A DNA stretch of 64,000 nt, taken from Gammaproteobacteria bacterium (GTDB taxonomy: Bacteria; Pseudomonadota; Gammaproteobacteria; UBA4575). Below are positions 8,575 to 17,607 of the stretch, piece after piece. The position numbers and the translations under genes were made by a program. The notes under the pieces are model-generated. The model was not told the origin of the DNA, did not search any database, and saw nothing but the letters and a program-made list of their open reading frames with translations. The stretch's first letter is position 1, and each line of letters begins with the position of its first letter. Where the stretch lies: contig JABDMD010000100.1 in NCBI GenBank assembly GCA_013001685.1, forward strand, positions 12,731-76,730, read 5' to 3'.

Positions 8575-9557
8575 TGACAGAATATATTCCACCACTTTTT
8601 TACCGCAATGGTCATGCAAACACCATTGCGGCTGCATCTTTCCTCCGTAAAAGCTACGCGCAACGAGTCAGCCGCAGCTTTCGTAAACAAAGCGAATCTC
8701 GGATCTTATCTCTAGCGAATGATATTCAATTACATGGCTTATTAACTACACATAAAGACTCACTCCAAATCACTGGCCAAAAACCTTTAGTAATGATTCT
8801 GCATGGCTGGCTAGGTTGCGCTGAATCTTTATATCTTCTACCTATAGCTAGCAAGTTACATGAATTAGGTTTCAATATTTTTCGCTTAAACTTTAGAGAC
8901 CATGGAAATACTCAACACTTAAATAAAGAACTTTTTCACTCTTGCCGTTTAGATGAAGTTCTAGATGCAACGCTAGCGATCCAAAAACAAATTTCACACT
9001 CAAAATTTTATATTCTAGGTTTCTCTCTAGGTGGAAACTTTGCCTTACGCATTGGCGCCGAAGCAAAAAGTAAAAACTTAACGATTGATAAGATTATTTC
9101 GGTTTGCCCAGTGATGAATGCAACGAATGCTCTAGATGAAACCAAATCAATGTTAAATATTTATACAGAATATTACCTGCAACGCTGGAAAAACATGTTG
9201 AAAATTAAACACAAGCTATTTCCAGAAAATTATGATTTAGCAACCATCAATCAACAGAATTCACTTACTGAGATGACCGAACATTTGCTATTAAAATATA
9301 CGGAATTTAGTTCTATAAAAAGTTATTTACAAGGCTACTCAATTACTGGAGATCGACTTAAGTCTCTTTCAGTTAACAGTGATGTGTACATTGCTGAAGA
9401 TGACCCTGTAATACCTTCTCATGATTGGGAAGACCTACACGCTTCTGAATATCTAAACATCCATCACACAAAATTTGGTGGTCACTGCGGCTATTTAAAT
9501 AGTTTGTTTAATACAAACTGGATTGACGAGCGAATTATTAAAACCTTACAGGTATAA
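8574..9557 (+). CDS. Alpha/beta hydrolase, YheT/ABHD-like
   Basis: The GTG start overlaps the metY stop (TAGTG). Nucleophile elbow GFSLGGN. The N-terminal FYRNGHANTI and LHGWLGCAES resemble YheT-type hydrolases, not MetX. Confidence 0.7.
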   Translation: MTEYIPPLFYRNGHANTIAAASFLRKSYAQRVSRSFRKQSESRILSLANDIQLHGLLTTHKDSLQITGQKPLVMILHGWLGCAESLYLLPIASKLHELGFNIFRLNFRDHGNTQHLNKELFHSCRLDEVLDATLAIQKQISHSKFYILGFSLGGNFALRIGAEAKSKNLTIDKIISVCPVMNATNALDETKSMLNIYTEYYLQRWKNMLKIKHKLFPENYDLATINQQNSLTEMTEHLLLKYTEFSSIKSYLQGYSITGDRLKSLSVNSDVYIAEDDPVIPSHDWEDLHASEYLNIHHTKFGGHCGYLNSLFNTNWIDERIIKTLQV

Positions 9558-9562
9558 AAAAA

Positions 9563-9587
9563 CCTACTGCATCAAAGATGCAGTAGG
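9563..9587 (-). terminator. Rho-independent terminator of the dihaem lipoprotein gene (also abuts the + strand gene end)
   Basis: cctactgcatc-aaa-gatgcagtagg is a perfect 11-bp stem. On the minus strand a T6 run follows (9557-9562). Confidence 0.75.
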
Positions 9588-9612
9588 TTCTAAGGAAGTC
9601 CCAGATTAGCTC

Positions 9613-11880
9613 TTAAGGAGCAGGAATGATGCTAAAACCATTCTTCATGTATTTTGCGACATTCGTAGCACAATTAGTTAATGGATTACCGTCATTGACA
9701 TCCACGCAATCGTTAGGCATACCACCGGTTCCTGCCTCTGGTGCAGGCATTGTAAGGCTTGTGAGAAATGCGACATTAGCTTCAGTTTGTCCGTTTACGA
9801 AATCTGTAATATCGTCATACAAACCATCACTCAAAATTCCTCTTCCGTCTGTACCATGACAAGTTTCACAACTTTCACCATTAATAACCTTCTTATATTC
9901 AATCTGACCTTGAACTAGCAGTGGGTCACCAGCATTTACCGTAGTGGTAACACTTTGCGTTACATTCGCTGCATTCACACCTATACAGTTAAGCGTAAAT
10001 GTCGTGGTCGCTTGTAAATTAGCAATGGTTTCGCTGTATGTGGCCAGCGCAACACCCTTAGCTCCGGTCCATGCCGTATTTGCAGGATTTGCACTTGCAG
10101 TACAAGATGCTAAATCCGTTGGGTTCCATGCAAGCGTTACCGAATCACCTTGATTAACGGTTACAGCTGCAGCATTGTTTACCGTGAAGGTTAATGCAGG
10201 ATTAACCGCTACTACAGTTACTGTTGTGCTGACTGTAGTTGGCGTACCAATTGAATTAACACAAGTTAAGTCAAATTGAGTATTTGCAATCAAGTTATTA
10301 ATTACTTCAGTGCCATTTAAAGCTTTATCACCTGTCCATCCACCTGCAGCTGTACAAGTTCCAACTGCACCTGTAGAACTCCAAGTTAATGTTGTGGAAC
10401 CATTAAATGGAACATTCATTGCTGGGTTTGCAGTTAGATTTACAGTAGGTGCACCCGGTGCTGCTGCAACGGTTACATCCACTGTTGAAACTGCAGAAGC
10501 AATTCCACCTTTAGTACAGGTCAAGGTGAATTGATTTACACCAGAAGTGGTTAGGTTAGTTAGGGTTTGCATTCCATTCGGTAGCAATGTTCCTGTCCAC
10601 TGATTTCCAGCGTTTGCTCCACCTGCAGTACAGGCATCACCATCAGACATCCAACTTAAAGTAACCATGCCACCAAATGCTACTGCTGCTTGATCAACAG
10701 CAAACTGAGCAATTACTGGCTGCACATCATTATCATTATTAGTAACCGATACATCTGATGCATCAAGACCGCTATATGATGGGTCAGCACTAATTGCTGG
10801 TGCAGTAACAACACTATAAGCAATGTTTCCGTCTACCATAGGTGCAGCTGCATCATTTACACCTGTAACCGTTACGGTTTGAGGAACATTATAGTTTGCC
10901 GCAGTAAATGCCACAGATGCTGGTAGTACTGTGCCTTCTGCAGCGTTACTACTAGATAAGCCTATGCTTACTGAATTATTTGGCAATGTACCTAATACAA
11001 TAGTGAAGGTTGCTGAATCGCCATTTTCGCTTGTAGTTAAACCAGCAACAGGATCCACCGTAATTACACCTGGTGGAGGCACTTCATTGTCTGTATTTGT
11101 AACCGCTACATCTGCAGGATCTATTGCTGCGTAATCTGCATCATTACTCGCTGCGGTAGTCATAATAGTGTATGCAACATCGCCATCAAGAAGGGCATCG
11201 TCCATTCCTGTAACCGTAACTGTTTGTAGTTGTGTCCCGTTTGCAGTTGTAAAGGTAAGCGTAGCTGGATTTACATTACCTTCTGCTGCGTTGCTACTTA
11301 TTAGTGTGATATCAACATTATCTGTAGGCAAAGTATTTAGAGCCACTGTAAACGTGGCCGTACCGCCAGCTTCCGTTGTAGTTAAACCTGCAGTTGGATT
11401 TACAATAATAGCTGGAGTTGCAGGTGGTGGAGTGTTGTTATCATCATACGTAAGCAAGCCTTGAATAAATCCTTCATATATAAATGCCGAAACATCCGAT
11501 GCACAAGCACCTACACATGCACCTGGATTATAAGGCGTCTTAGGCATAGCTAACGCGTTATAGGCGGTAAGATTTGCTAAATCCCCACAAAATGAACAAG
11601 TTGCCGTGCTATTAATTGGGTTTGGAGCTGCACTTGGAGTACCTTGTCCCTGTGCACCATGACAAGAAGAACAGGCTTGTTCTGCACCATTATAAAGTGC
11701 ATAACCCCGCTTGGCCTCATCAGAGAGTTGCGAAAGATTTGCAACACCGCCACTAGACATTGAACCCGTGCTTTCGCCAGACGATTCGCCGCCGCAAGCG
11801 CTTAGACAGAAAGATATGATCGCCATAACAGCGATGCTTTTAATAATGCCATCCATTGTTCCAACTCCAATTGAAATCAA
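9613..11880 (-). CDS. Dihaem c-type cytochrome lipoprotein with two Calx-beta-like and three Ig-like repeats
   Basis: Lipobox LSAC (Cys28). CSSCH at aa 70-74 (nt 11659-11673) and CETCH at aa 671-675 (nt 9856-9870). Two repeats of about 110 aa (TEAGGTATFTVALNTLP...VTVTGMDD / SENGDSATFTIVLGTLP...VTVTGVND). Three Cys-pair repeats of about 85 aa (TLSWMSDGDACTAGG, TLTWSSTGAVGTCTAAGGW, TLAWNPTDLASCTAS). Confidence 0.75.
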   Translation of the reverse strand: MISIGVGTMDGIIKSIAVMAIISFCLSACGGESSGESTGSMSSGGVANLSQLSDEAKRGYALYNGAEQACSSCHGAQGQGTPSAAPNPINSTATCSFCGDLANLTAYNALAMPKTPYNPGACVGACASDVSAFIYEGFIQGLLTYDDNNTPPPATPAIIVNPTAGLTTTEAGGTATFTVALNTLPTDNVDITLISSNAAEGNVNPATLTFTTANGTQLQTVTVTGMDDALLDGDVAYTIMTTAASNDADYAAIDPADVAVTNTDNEVPPPGVITVDPVAGLTTSENGDSATFTIVLGTLPNNSVSIGLSSSNAAEGTVLPASVAFTAANYNVPQTVTVTGVNDAAAPMVDGNIAYSVVTAPAISADPSYSGLDASDVSVTNNDNDVQPVIAQFAVDQAAVAFGGMVTLSWMSDGDACTAGGANAGNQWTGTLLPNGMQTLTNLTTSGVNQFTLTCTKGGIASAVSTVDVTVAAAPGAPTVNLTANPAMNVPFNGSTTLTWSSTGAVGTCTAAGGWTGDKALNGTEVINNLIANTQFDLTCVNSIGTPTTVSTTVTVVAVNPALTFTVNNAAAVTVNQGDSVTLAWNPTDLASCTASANPANTAWTGAKGVALATYSETIANLQATTTFTLNCIGVNAANVTQSVTTTVNAGDPLLVQGQIEYKKVINGESCETCHGTDGRGILSDGLYDDITDFVNGQTEANVAFLTSLTMPAPEAGTGGMPNDCVDVNDGNPLTNCATNVAKYMKNGFSIIPAP

Positions 11881-12160
11881 TTTATTTGTAACTTATAGCT
11901 AAGTGAAAAATCCTATTTCCACTCAACACAAGTGCTTAATGTAAATTTGAAATAACTATACTTTCGTTAATATTCCTATTACACAAAATTTACGATATAA
12001 AGCCAAACATTCATGACTTAATATGCAACACCTATGATAGTTACCTAAAAGAATTATTAATAATTTATAGCAGACCACTGATCCGTTTTTTTTGCCCATT
12101 TGTCATGGTCAAAACTTAAGAAAAATGTGAACTAGAAATTAACTACTCAATTTCAGTGAG

Positions 12161-14293
12161 TTAAGATTTCGGCACAGGAGGAATTGGTTGTAAATGCAAA
12201 CTTAAGCGCGTGGGGTTTTTGTTTAGTTTCCATTCAAACATCGCCGTATAAGCAAATACAGCGCGTACATATTCACGTGTTTCAGTAAATGGAATAGTGT
12301 CTACCCAAACATCCGCGGGTAATTCATTTTTCTCAGGCAACCAGGCATTTACACGGTGCGGCCCTGCATTATATGCAGCTGAGGCCAAGGCCCTATGACC
12401 ATTAAATTTAGTCAACATATCACCAATGTATTTACTACCTAGGTTGATATTAAAACTGGGCGTATACAAATCCTGACGACTTGGCGCTCTAAGCTTTAAT
12501 TGCTTGGAAACTTGTTTGGCAGTAGCTGGCATAAGCTGCATCAAACCACGCGCGCCCACTGGGGAACGTGCTTGGGGGTTAAAGGCACTCTCACGACGAA
12601 TGATCCCATAAACAAAAGCAGGCTCAAGACTTCTTTTATTAGAATATTTATTTACGTGACTGGTAAAAGGTGTAGGAAAACGAATACCTAAGTCATCAAA
12701 GTACTCACCTTTAGCAATGGTGCGAATTGCATAATCATGCCAATCCCATTGATGCGCCAAGGATGCAGCTATTTGTAACTGCCGCGAAGTATAATTTTGC
12801 GTAGCATAATTCCATTCTCTGCGCGCATCAGTTAATTGATCAACCATCAGTAATTCTTTTGCGCGAATGATACTTGACGTCTGTTCTATTTTCTCAAGCT
12901 CCAGAACATTATATTGCACAGGATCATCTACAATGTTGTAGGTCATGGAAAGTTTATCTGCTGCTAAAAACCCGTAGTAACTACGTTCACCAGCAATTTT
13001 TTCATACAGCAGTTTTGCATCGGACTGCAAGCCCTTTCCCGCTAAAGCACGAGCCTTCCAATATTGCCATTGAGGTTCCGCTTTTTCTTCTTCAGTCAAC
13101 ATCGCTATACCACGCAAGACTAATTCCCAATCTAAACTGCGCAAAGCAGAGCGCGCACGCCACATACCGGTTGAAGGGTCCATCAGGTCTTTTGGCAGTT
13201 GGTACATCCAAGTAGTGGCACGCTCATCATGTTTATAAGCTGCACGCAGTGCGAAATTTCTTTCCACTTCATCATGCAAATCAGAACCAAAGGCATAGTT
13301 TTCATGAATATCTAACCAAAAATTATGAGCTGCTGTTAAATCCTTCCTAGCTAAACGCTTCAGTCCATGGCTAATAATTTGTCTATTAATATGAGCATCT
13401 TTCGATAAAGCTTTATTGCGAAGTTTGGCTTTTGGATTGCTATGCACGTCTAGCCAAAGCTTTGCTTGCTTTTGATCACTAGCGGGTAACTTTTTAGCCA
13501 GATATTTTGCTAAACCTTGGCGATTTTTATCCATTGCCAAAGAGAACCTTTCCCAGATCTCCTCCTTAGTTAGATATCCTTGGTCTTCATACCATTTGAA
13601 TAGTGGGTCACATTGTTTCGGTTGTGATTTACCGACTAACCATAGATCGCGAACTTGCTTTAAATACTGATCCTTATTCTCTTCGAATTGGTTTACGCGA
13701 ATTTTGGCGCGCAAAAAATAACATTGCAGATCAGCAGACTGTTCGTTTTGATAATATTTTAAAAAACTTTCCGTGCGCCCTTTTCTTTGTAAATGCGACA
13801 TCCAGGCTAAACGCAATCTTGTAGCTAAAGGTCCATCATTATATTTAGCAAGAAACTCATCTACTTCTTCGTCACTTAGTTTTGAAACGCGCATGCGCAT
13901 TTCGTTATAAACCAAATATTGATACAGAGGATATTCAGTTAACTGAGTAAGATATTTATTATATTGATTGATCTGTTTTTTAGTGAGTGCTGTTCGTGCT
14001 TTTTTGTAAACATCACGCTCATGTTGCCATTCAGAACTAGCATGAACCGTTGCAACAGATAAACAGAATAGTAGAACGCCGCTCAGTAAATGAGTTAACG
14101 AAAAGTAATTAAGATAAGAACTGGATTTAAGAAAAATTCTGCACAGCGTTAGTATGTGCCGCGCAGAATTTTCACAAGAGAGATTAAAACGAAGTGGCTT
14201 CCTTGAAGGACTCGTTGAGTTGTTCTTCAGTTTTATTTGAGACAATTTTTGAACTTTCCAGATCAGATTTTTCAACAAGACCACTACCGTCAT
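12161..14293 (-). CDS. slt: Soluble lytic murein transglycosylase (Slt70-like); start uncertain
   Basis: A long superhelical N-domain precedes the C-terminal lysozyme-like domain with IIRRESAFNPQARSPVGARGLMQLMPATA and AAYNAGP. The only in-frame ATG/GTG/TTG codons upstream of the signal peptide (LLFCLSVATVHA) lie inside the bactofilin gene. Confidence 0.8.
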   Translation of the reverse strand: MTVVVLLKNLIWKVQKLSQIKLKNNSTSPSRKPLRFNLSCENSARHILTLCRIFLKSSSYLNYFSLTHLLSGVLLFCLSVATVHASSEWQHERDVYKKARTALTKKQINQYNKYLTQLTEYPLYQYLVYNEMRMRVSKLSDEEVDEFLAKYNDGPLATRLRLAWMSHLQRKGRTESFLKYYQNEQSADLQCYFLRAKIRVNQFEENKDQYLKQVRDLWLVGKSQPKQCDPLFKWYEDQGYLTKEEIWERFSLAMDKNRQGLAKYLAKKLPASDQKQAKLWLDVHSNPKAKLRNKALSKDAHINRQIISHGLKRLARKDLTAAHNFWLDIHENYAFGSDLHDEVERNFALRAAYKHDERATTWMYQLPKDLMDPSTGMWRARSALRSLDWELVLRGIAMLTEEEKAEPQWQYWKARALAGKGLQSDAKLLYEKIAGERSYYGFLAADKLSMTYNIVDDPVQYNVLELEKIEQTSSIIRAKELLMVDQLTDARREWNYATQNYTSRQLQIAASLAHQWDWHDYAIRTIAKGEYFDDLGIRFPTPFTSHVNKYSNKRSLEPAFVYGIIRRESAFNPQARSPVGARGLMQLMPATAKQVSKQLKLRAPSRQDLYTPSFNINLGSKYIGDMLTKFNGHRALASAAYNAGPHRVNAWLPEKNELPADVWVDTIPFTETREYVRAVFAYTAMFEWKLNKNPTRLSLHLQPIPPVPKS

Positions 14294-14633
14294 GAATTTT
14301 CATGGTGCCGTCAATCATTGCACCTTGAGCAACTGATACACTGGTGCCGCTCACATTGCCAAAGATTCTAGCACTTCCTGTAATTTCTAGCTTGCCTCGT
14401 GCAAATACATCGCCTTTTACCGTTCCGCCAATAATTACATCATCAGTATGTATATTGCCTTCCCACACAGCCGTAGATACAAGCTCTACTAAGCCGTCGA
14501 TTTCGCCATTTCCTTTGACATTGCCACTGATAACAATCGAACCAGTGCCTTTCACATCGCCATTAATTACAAAATCTTTGCCGAGTATGGTGGCTGGCGT
14601 CGAAACCTTATCACGTAATTTTCGCATACCCAT
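14184..14633 (-). CDS. Bactofilin (CcmA-like polymer-forming cytoskeletal protein)
   Basis: Repetitive beta-helix pattern VINGDVKGTGSIVISGNVKGNGEIDG...IIGGTVKGDVFARGKLEITGSARIFGNV is typical of the bactofilin domain. Confidence 0.8.
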   Translation of the reverse strand: MGMRKLRDKVSTPATILGKDFVINGDVKGTGSIVISGNVKGNGEIDGLVELVSTAVWEGNIHTDDVIIGGTVKGDVFARGKLEITGSARIFGNVSGTSVSVAQGAMIDGTMKIHDGSGLVEKSDLESSKIVSNKTEEQLNESFKEATSF

Positions 14634-14768
14634 ATGGTGCCTCCACGCATATATAAGTGTTTAGATAGTATACCTATGCTAGCCATTGCCGGCGCAATGA
14701 ATGACTACGGCCCGACTGATGAGTAAATTTATGCTATGAAATGCCGATTTACATAGAATTAGCAAAGT

Positions 14769-15023
14769 ATGGATACAATTAAAACTTTTCTCGAGGCGCT
14801 ATTTAACTCCCCTCATTATTCATATGGATGGATAGTATTGGCTGCATTAGCCGTTTTACCAGCTATTGTTAGCGCCAACCTTATACAACATGACCTATCC
14901 ATGCTAATCAGTGGAAAATCCAAGTTCAACCAATTAGCAAAGCCATTGCTATTCAATATTTCGATATTACTTGTATGTATATGTGTAATGGCATATGCGT
15001 TTTACTTATATATTTGGATATAA
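14769..15023 (+). CDS. Small two-TM membrane protein, hypothetical
   Basis: 84-aa ORF with two hydrophobic helices. I recognise no family. Confidence 0.35.
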   Translation: MDTIKTFLEALFNSPHYSYGWIVLAALAVLPAIVSANLIQHDLSMLISGKSKFNQLAKPLLFNISILLVCICVMAYAFYLYIWI

Positions 15024-15026
15024 GCG

Positions 15027-16316
15027 CTATGATTTTTGAATTACTTTGAAGACAGTGGTTTGTTGGTTTTTTTCATCAGCCAACTTACTTTCTTGAATTG
15101 TAGAATAATGACTAATTTCAACATTAGCCTCAATCTTTGAGGCCACAATTGATGAATATGTAGTTAACTTACCCAAATTTTCTAGCCTCATATGCAACTC
15201 AGTTTTTTGCCAAGTAGCTGGCATCACATCATGTACAATTAACAATCCACTAGCATTAAGATTATCCCAAGCCTTATCAATTAGCGCCTCTTGCTGCATT
15301 TGGTTTAGACCAGATAGTGAATGAACTAAACAAATTACATCAGATTTATTTTTAAATTCGATATTATCTGCTTCTCCCATTGTCACATCATGCCGATCTC
15401 CAGTATGTGGAGCAAAATAGCTAGCAAAGCTTTTCGCAACTGATTCTTCCGCTTTAGTAATGTGTACCGTGCTACCACACTCAACATTTATATAGCCACT
15501 TAAAAGCAAGTCTGTAACCAGCAAGCCATAATCATTGCTAATGCAGTTCACTCGCACAGCTGTTTTAACCCCAAAACTGTCTAATATAATTCGTTCTATG
15601 ACTGAGCTGTGCGTGTAATTTGCCCAAACTCTTGTGGCAATTTCAGCAAATGCTCCAGCCAAGTCATCACGATTACCAGATTCTAATAATTTATCCAAAG
15701 CAAGGTTTGCACGCTGCTGATAAAACCATTGAACAGTACTTGGAATCGGATCTGGCCATTTACGGCCTACACTTAAAGACATCACGCCATCGTTTTCTGC
15801 GCGCACATTACTAAACCCTGTCCAACGCTGACGACTTAAGAAAATATTTTCTAAAAAACTACGCGACCAATAACCTTTTTCTTGCGCTTGCCCTTCAGGG
15901 TATACAGGCAGGATAATTGCGCCACCCGGCTTTACATTTTTTAATAGCTCTAATAAAAAAGACGCACCCCAATTACTCGCAAACAAAGGCACGCTGATAC
16001 CGATATACACTCTATCTAAAAGATTGGGCAGCGTTGGGTAAAAGAAATTACCCACCTTGTCATCATCTAAACCCACACTTAAGTGAGCTGAAGTTGGTGT
16101 CATGCTGTATATATTGACATCAGGCCGAATCTGGTTATTTTTATCTCGCTCACCAGAAAAGTAGTACTCTAAATCTTCATTGATAAACTCATCAGATAAA
16201 TGAAGTGCCACATCTGCCATTGCTAGTTTTCTTATAAATTTGTTGGAGACTATAATCGAGGATGAATTCTTCTCAAGCAGAGCTCTTGTTGCAAGATAAT
16301 AAATCAAGACAGGCAA
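15027..16316 (-). CDS. Putative SAM-dependent methyltransferase-like protein with two degenerate MTase-like halves
   Basis: LLELLKNVKPGGAIILPVY and DVICLVHSLSGLNQMQQEALIDKAWDNLNASGLLIVHDV resemble the class I MTase motif region. An alternative start is M33 (nt 16220). Confidence 0.5.
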   Translation of the reverse strand: MPVLIYYLATRALLEKNSSSIIVSNKFIRKLAMADVALHLSDEFINEDLEYYFSGERDKNNQIRPDVNIYSMTPTSAHLSVGLDDDKVGNFFYPTLPNLLDRVYIGISVPLFASNWGASFLLELLKNVKPGGAIILPVYPEGQAQEKGYWSRSFLENIFLSRQRWTGFSNVRAENDGVMSLSVGRKWPDPIPSTVQWFYQQRANLALDKLLESGNRDDLAGAFAEIATRVWANYTHSSVIERIILDSFGVKTAVRVNCISNDYGLLVTDLLLSGYINVECGSTVHITKAEESVAKSFASYFAPHTGDRHDVTMGEADNIEFKNKSDVICLVHSLSGLNQMQQEALIDKAWDNLNASGLLIVHDVMPATWQKTELHMRLENLGKLTTYSSIVASKIEANVEISHYSTIQESKLADEKNQQTTVFKVIQKS

Positions 16317-16345
16317 TTACGAGTCTTAATGTGCCCTAAAATGAA

Positions 16346-16894
16346 CTATCGAATCGTCAGCGTCAATCCTTGATGTTTTCGATATGAATTGTTTTTATTC
16401 AAGCGTTTTTGATGATGGCCAGAAGCATGCTTCGAATGCCTCCTATCTAACTTTTTACCGGCATAGCCGCCGTGTTTATTATAATGTTTATACTTATGCC
16501 TGTAGCCACGATAATAAACTGGGTAGTACACCGGTCTAGATCGGTATTCATCAGATTGATCAACATACACTACCTGTGGTTTAACAGGTCTTTGCGCCGC
16601 CTTTAGTTTGGCTTTTTCTAGTTGCAATTGTTTGCGCTCTAGACGCTCTTCTCTCATTCTCGCCCATTGATTAGAAATCGAATAATAATCATTATTGTTA
16701 TTTGAATTACTGTGTGTATTCGATATATCAATTTGTTTAACAGGATTAGAAATGTCTTCAGGCAACTGATCTGAATAATGCGTAACGCCTTGTTCATCTA
16801 CCCACTTATGAACAGAGTCTGCATAAACAGGTAACGTTATCGCAAATAACAATAACGTGATAAGTATTAGGGATATATACTTACTTATACACAT
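16346..16894 (-). CDS. DUF4124-like secreted protein with a basic Tyr/His-rich tail
   Basis: A signal peptide is followed by HKWVDEQGVTHYSDQLP (DUF4124 signature as I recall it). The C-terminus is rich in Y/H/K/R. Confidence 0.6.
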   Translation of the reverse strand: MCISKYISLILITLLLFAITLPVYADSVHKWVDEQGVTHYSDQLPEDISNPVKQIDISNTHSNSNNNNDYYSISNQWARMREERLERKQLQLEKAKLKAAQRPVKPQVVYVDQSDEYRSRPVYYPVYYRGYRHKYKHYNKHGGYAGKKLDRRHSKHASGHHQKRLNKNNSYRKHQGLTLTIR

Positions 16895-16951
16895 AACAAT
16901 AAGACTCTAACGCTTTGACTTGGTTCTGTCATGCAATAGCTTGTAAATCGG

Positions 16952-17176
16952 CTAATCTTCTATTTTTTGCCATCCACTTAATTCTTTAGGTGCAGGATGC
17001 TCTTCTAACAGATCCCAAGTGGTGTAGCCCGAATTCTGCTCATAGACAGCTTGTGCAGCTTCTTCAGGAGTTTTAAAGGTTAATGTGGGCATATTGTCCA
17101 CCCATAAATCCCACAAACCTAGTGGCTCTTTTTGAATTTCAAATGTTGATACTTCTGTTTCTAATTTATACTTCAT
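16952..17176 (-). CDS. Hypothetical protein
   Basis: 74-aa ORF with an ATG start. No recognisable motif. Confidence 0.35.
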   Translation of the reverse strand: MKYKLETEVSTFEIQKEPLGLWDLWVDNMPTLTFKTPEEAAQAVYEQNSGYTTWDLLEEHPAPKELSGWQKIED

Positions 17177-17211
17177 TAGTAAATTATAACTCAGAATATT
17201 TTAGGTTTTTC

Positions 17212-17583
17212 GTGACTACAGCAGACTTCTTTTTTCATGGATTATTCCCAGATCACATTGAAGCCAACGAAGGTGCTGGCAGGCAAATTTGCAAAGTGCT
17301 ATTTGACGTAGATTTTGAAGGTGAGTTTTATTCACACTTACTAGCAGACCTTTGGCCGGTTGATGAGAAAGCATGGGAAGCCGACGGCAGACCTATCTAT
17401 GAAGTACGCTATGATCTGCCGTTCAATTGTGATGAATTTTCTAAAGCGGTTGTACAGTATTATCAACAAGTCATGGGGCCACAATCTACAACCATCAGTC
17501 ATAGCGGGCCTAAAGGCCCCATACCCAATCGCAATGTTTACCGTGTGCAGTGGTCAATATCGTTAGCTGCATCTAAAAAATAA
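17212..17583 (+). CDS. Hypothetical protein (start uncertain)
   Basis: The track ORF 17083-17583 overlaps the divergent 74-aa ORF. The in-frame GTG at 17212, preceded by 'agg', gives a non-overlapping 123-aa product. Confidence 0.35.
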   Translation: MTTADFFFHGLFPDHIEANEGAGRQICKVLFDVDFEGEFYSHLLADLWPVDEKAWEADGRPIYEVRYDLPFNCDEFSKAVVQYYQQVMGPQSTTISHSGPKGPIPNRNVYRVQWSISLAASKK

Positions 17584-17607
17584 CTCAATTACCAGGACTA
17601 AATTTTT

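Noticed and set aside
9626-11902. Seven + strand ORFs (63-98 aa) antisense to the dihaem lipoprotein gene
   Set aside because: All lie inside the 755-aa minus-strand CDS, which has clear domain structure. Their translations are low-complexity (P/A/V/T/S-rich), as expected from the antisense of a Thr/Ala/Val/Gly-rich gene.
17083-17211. 5' part of the 166-aa track ORF
   Set aside because: It overlaps the divergent 74-aa ORF and translates to a hydrophobic low-complexity string. I moved the start to the in-frame GTG at 17212.
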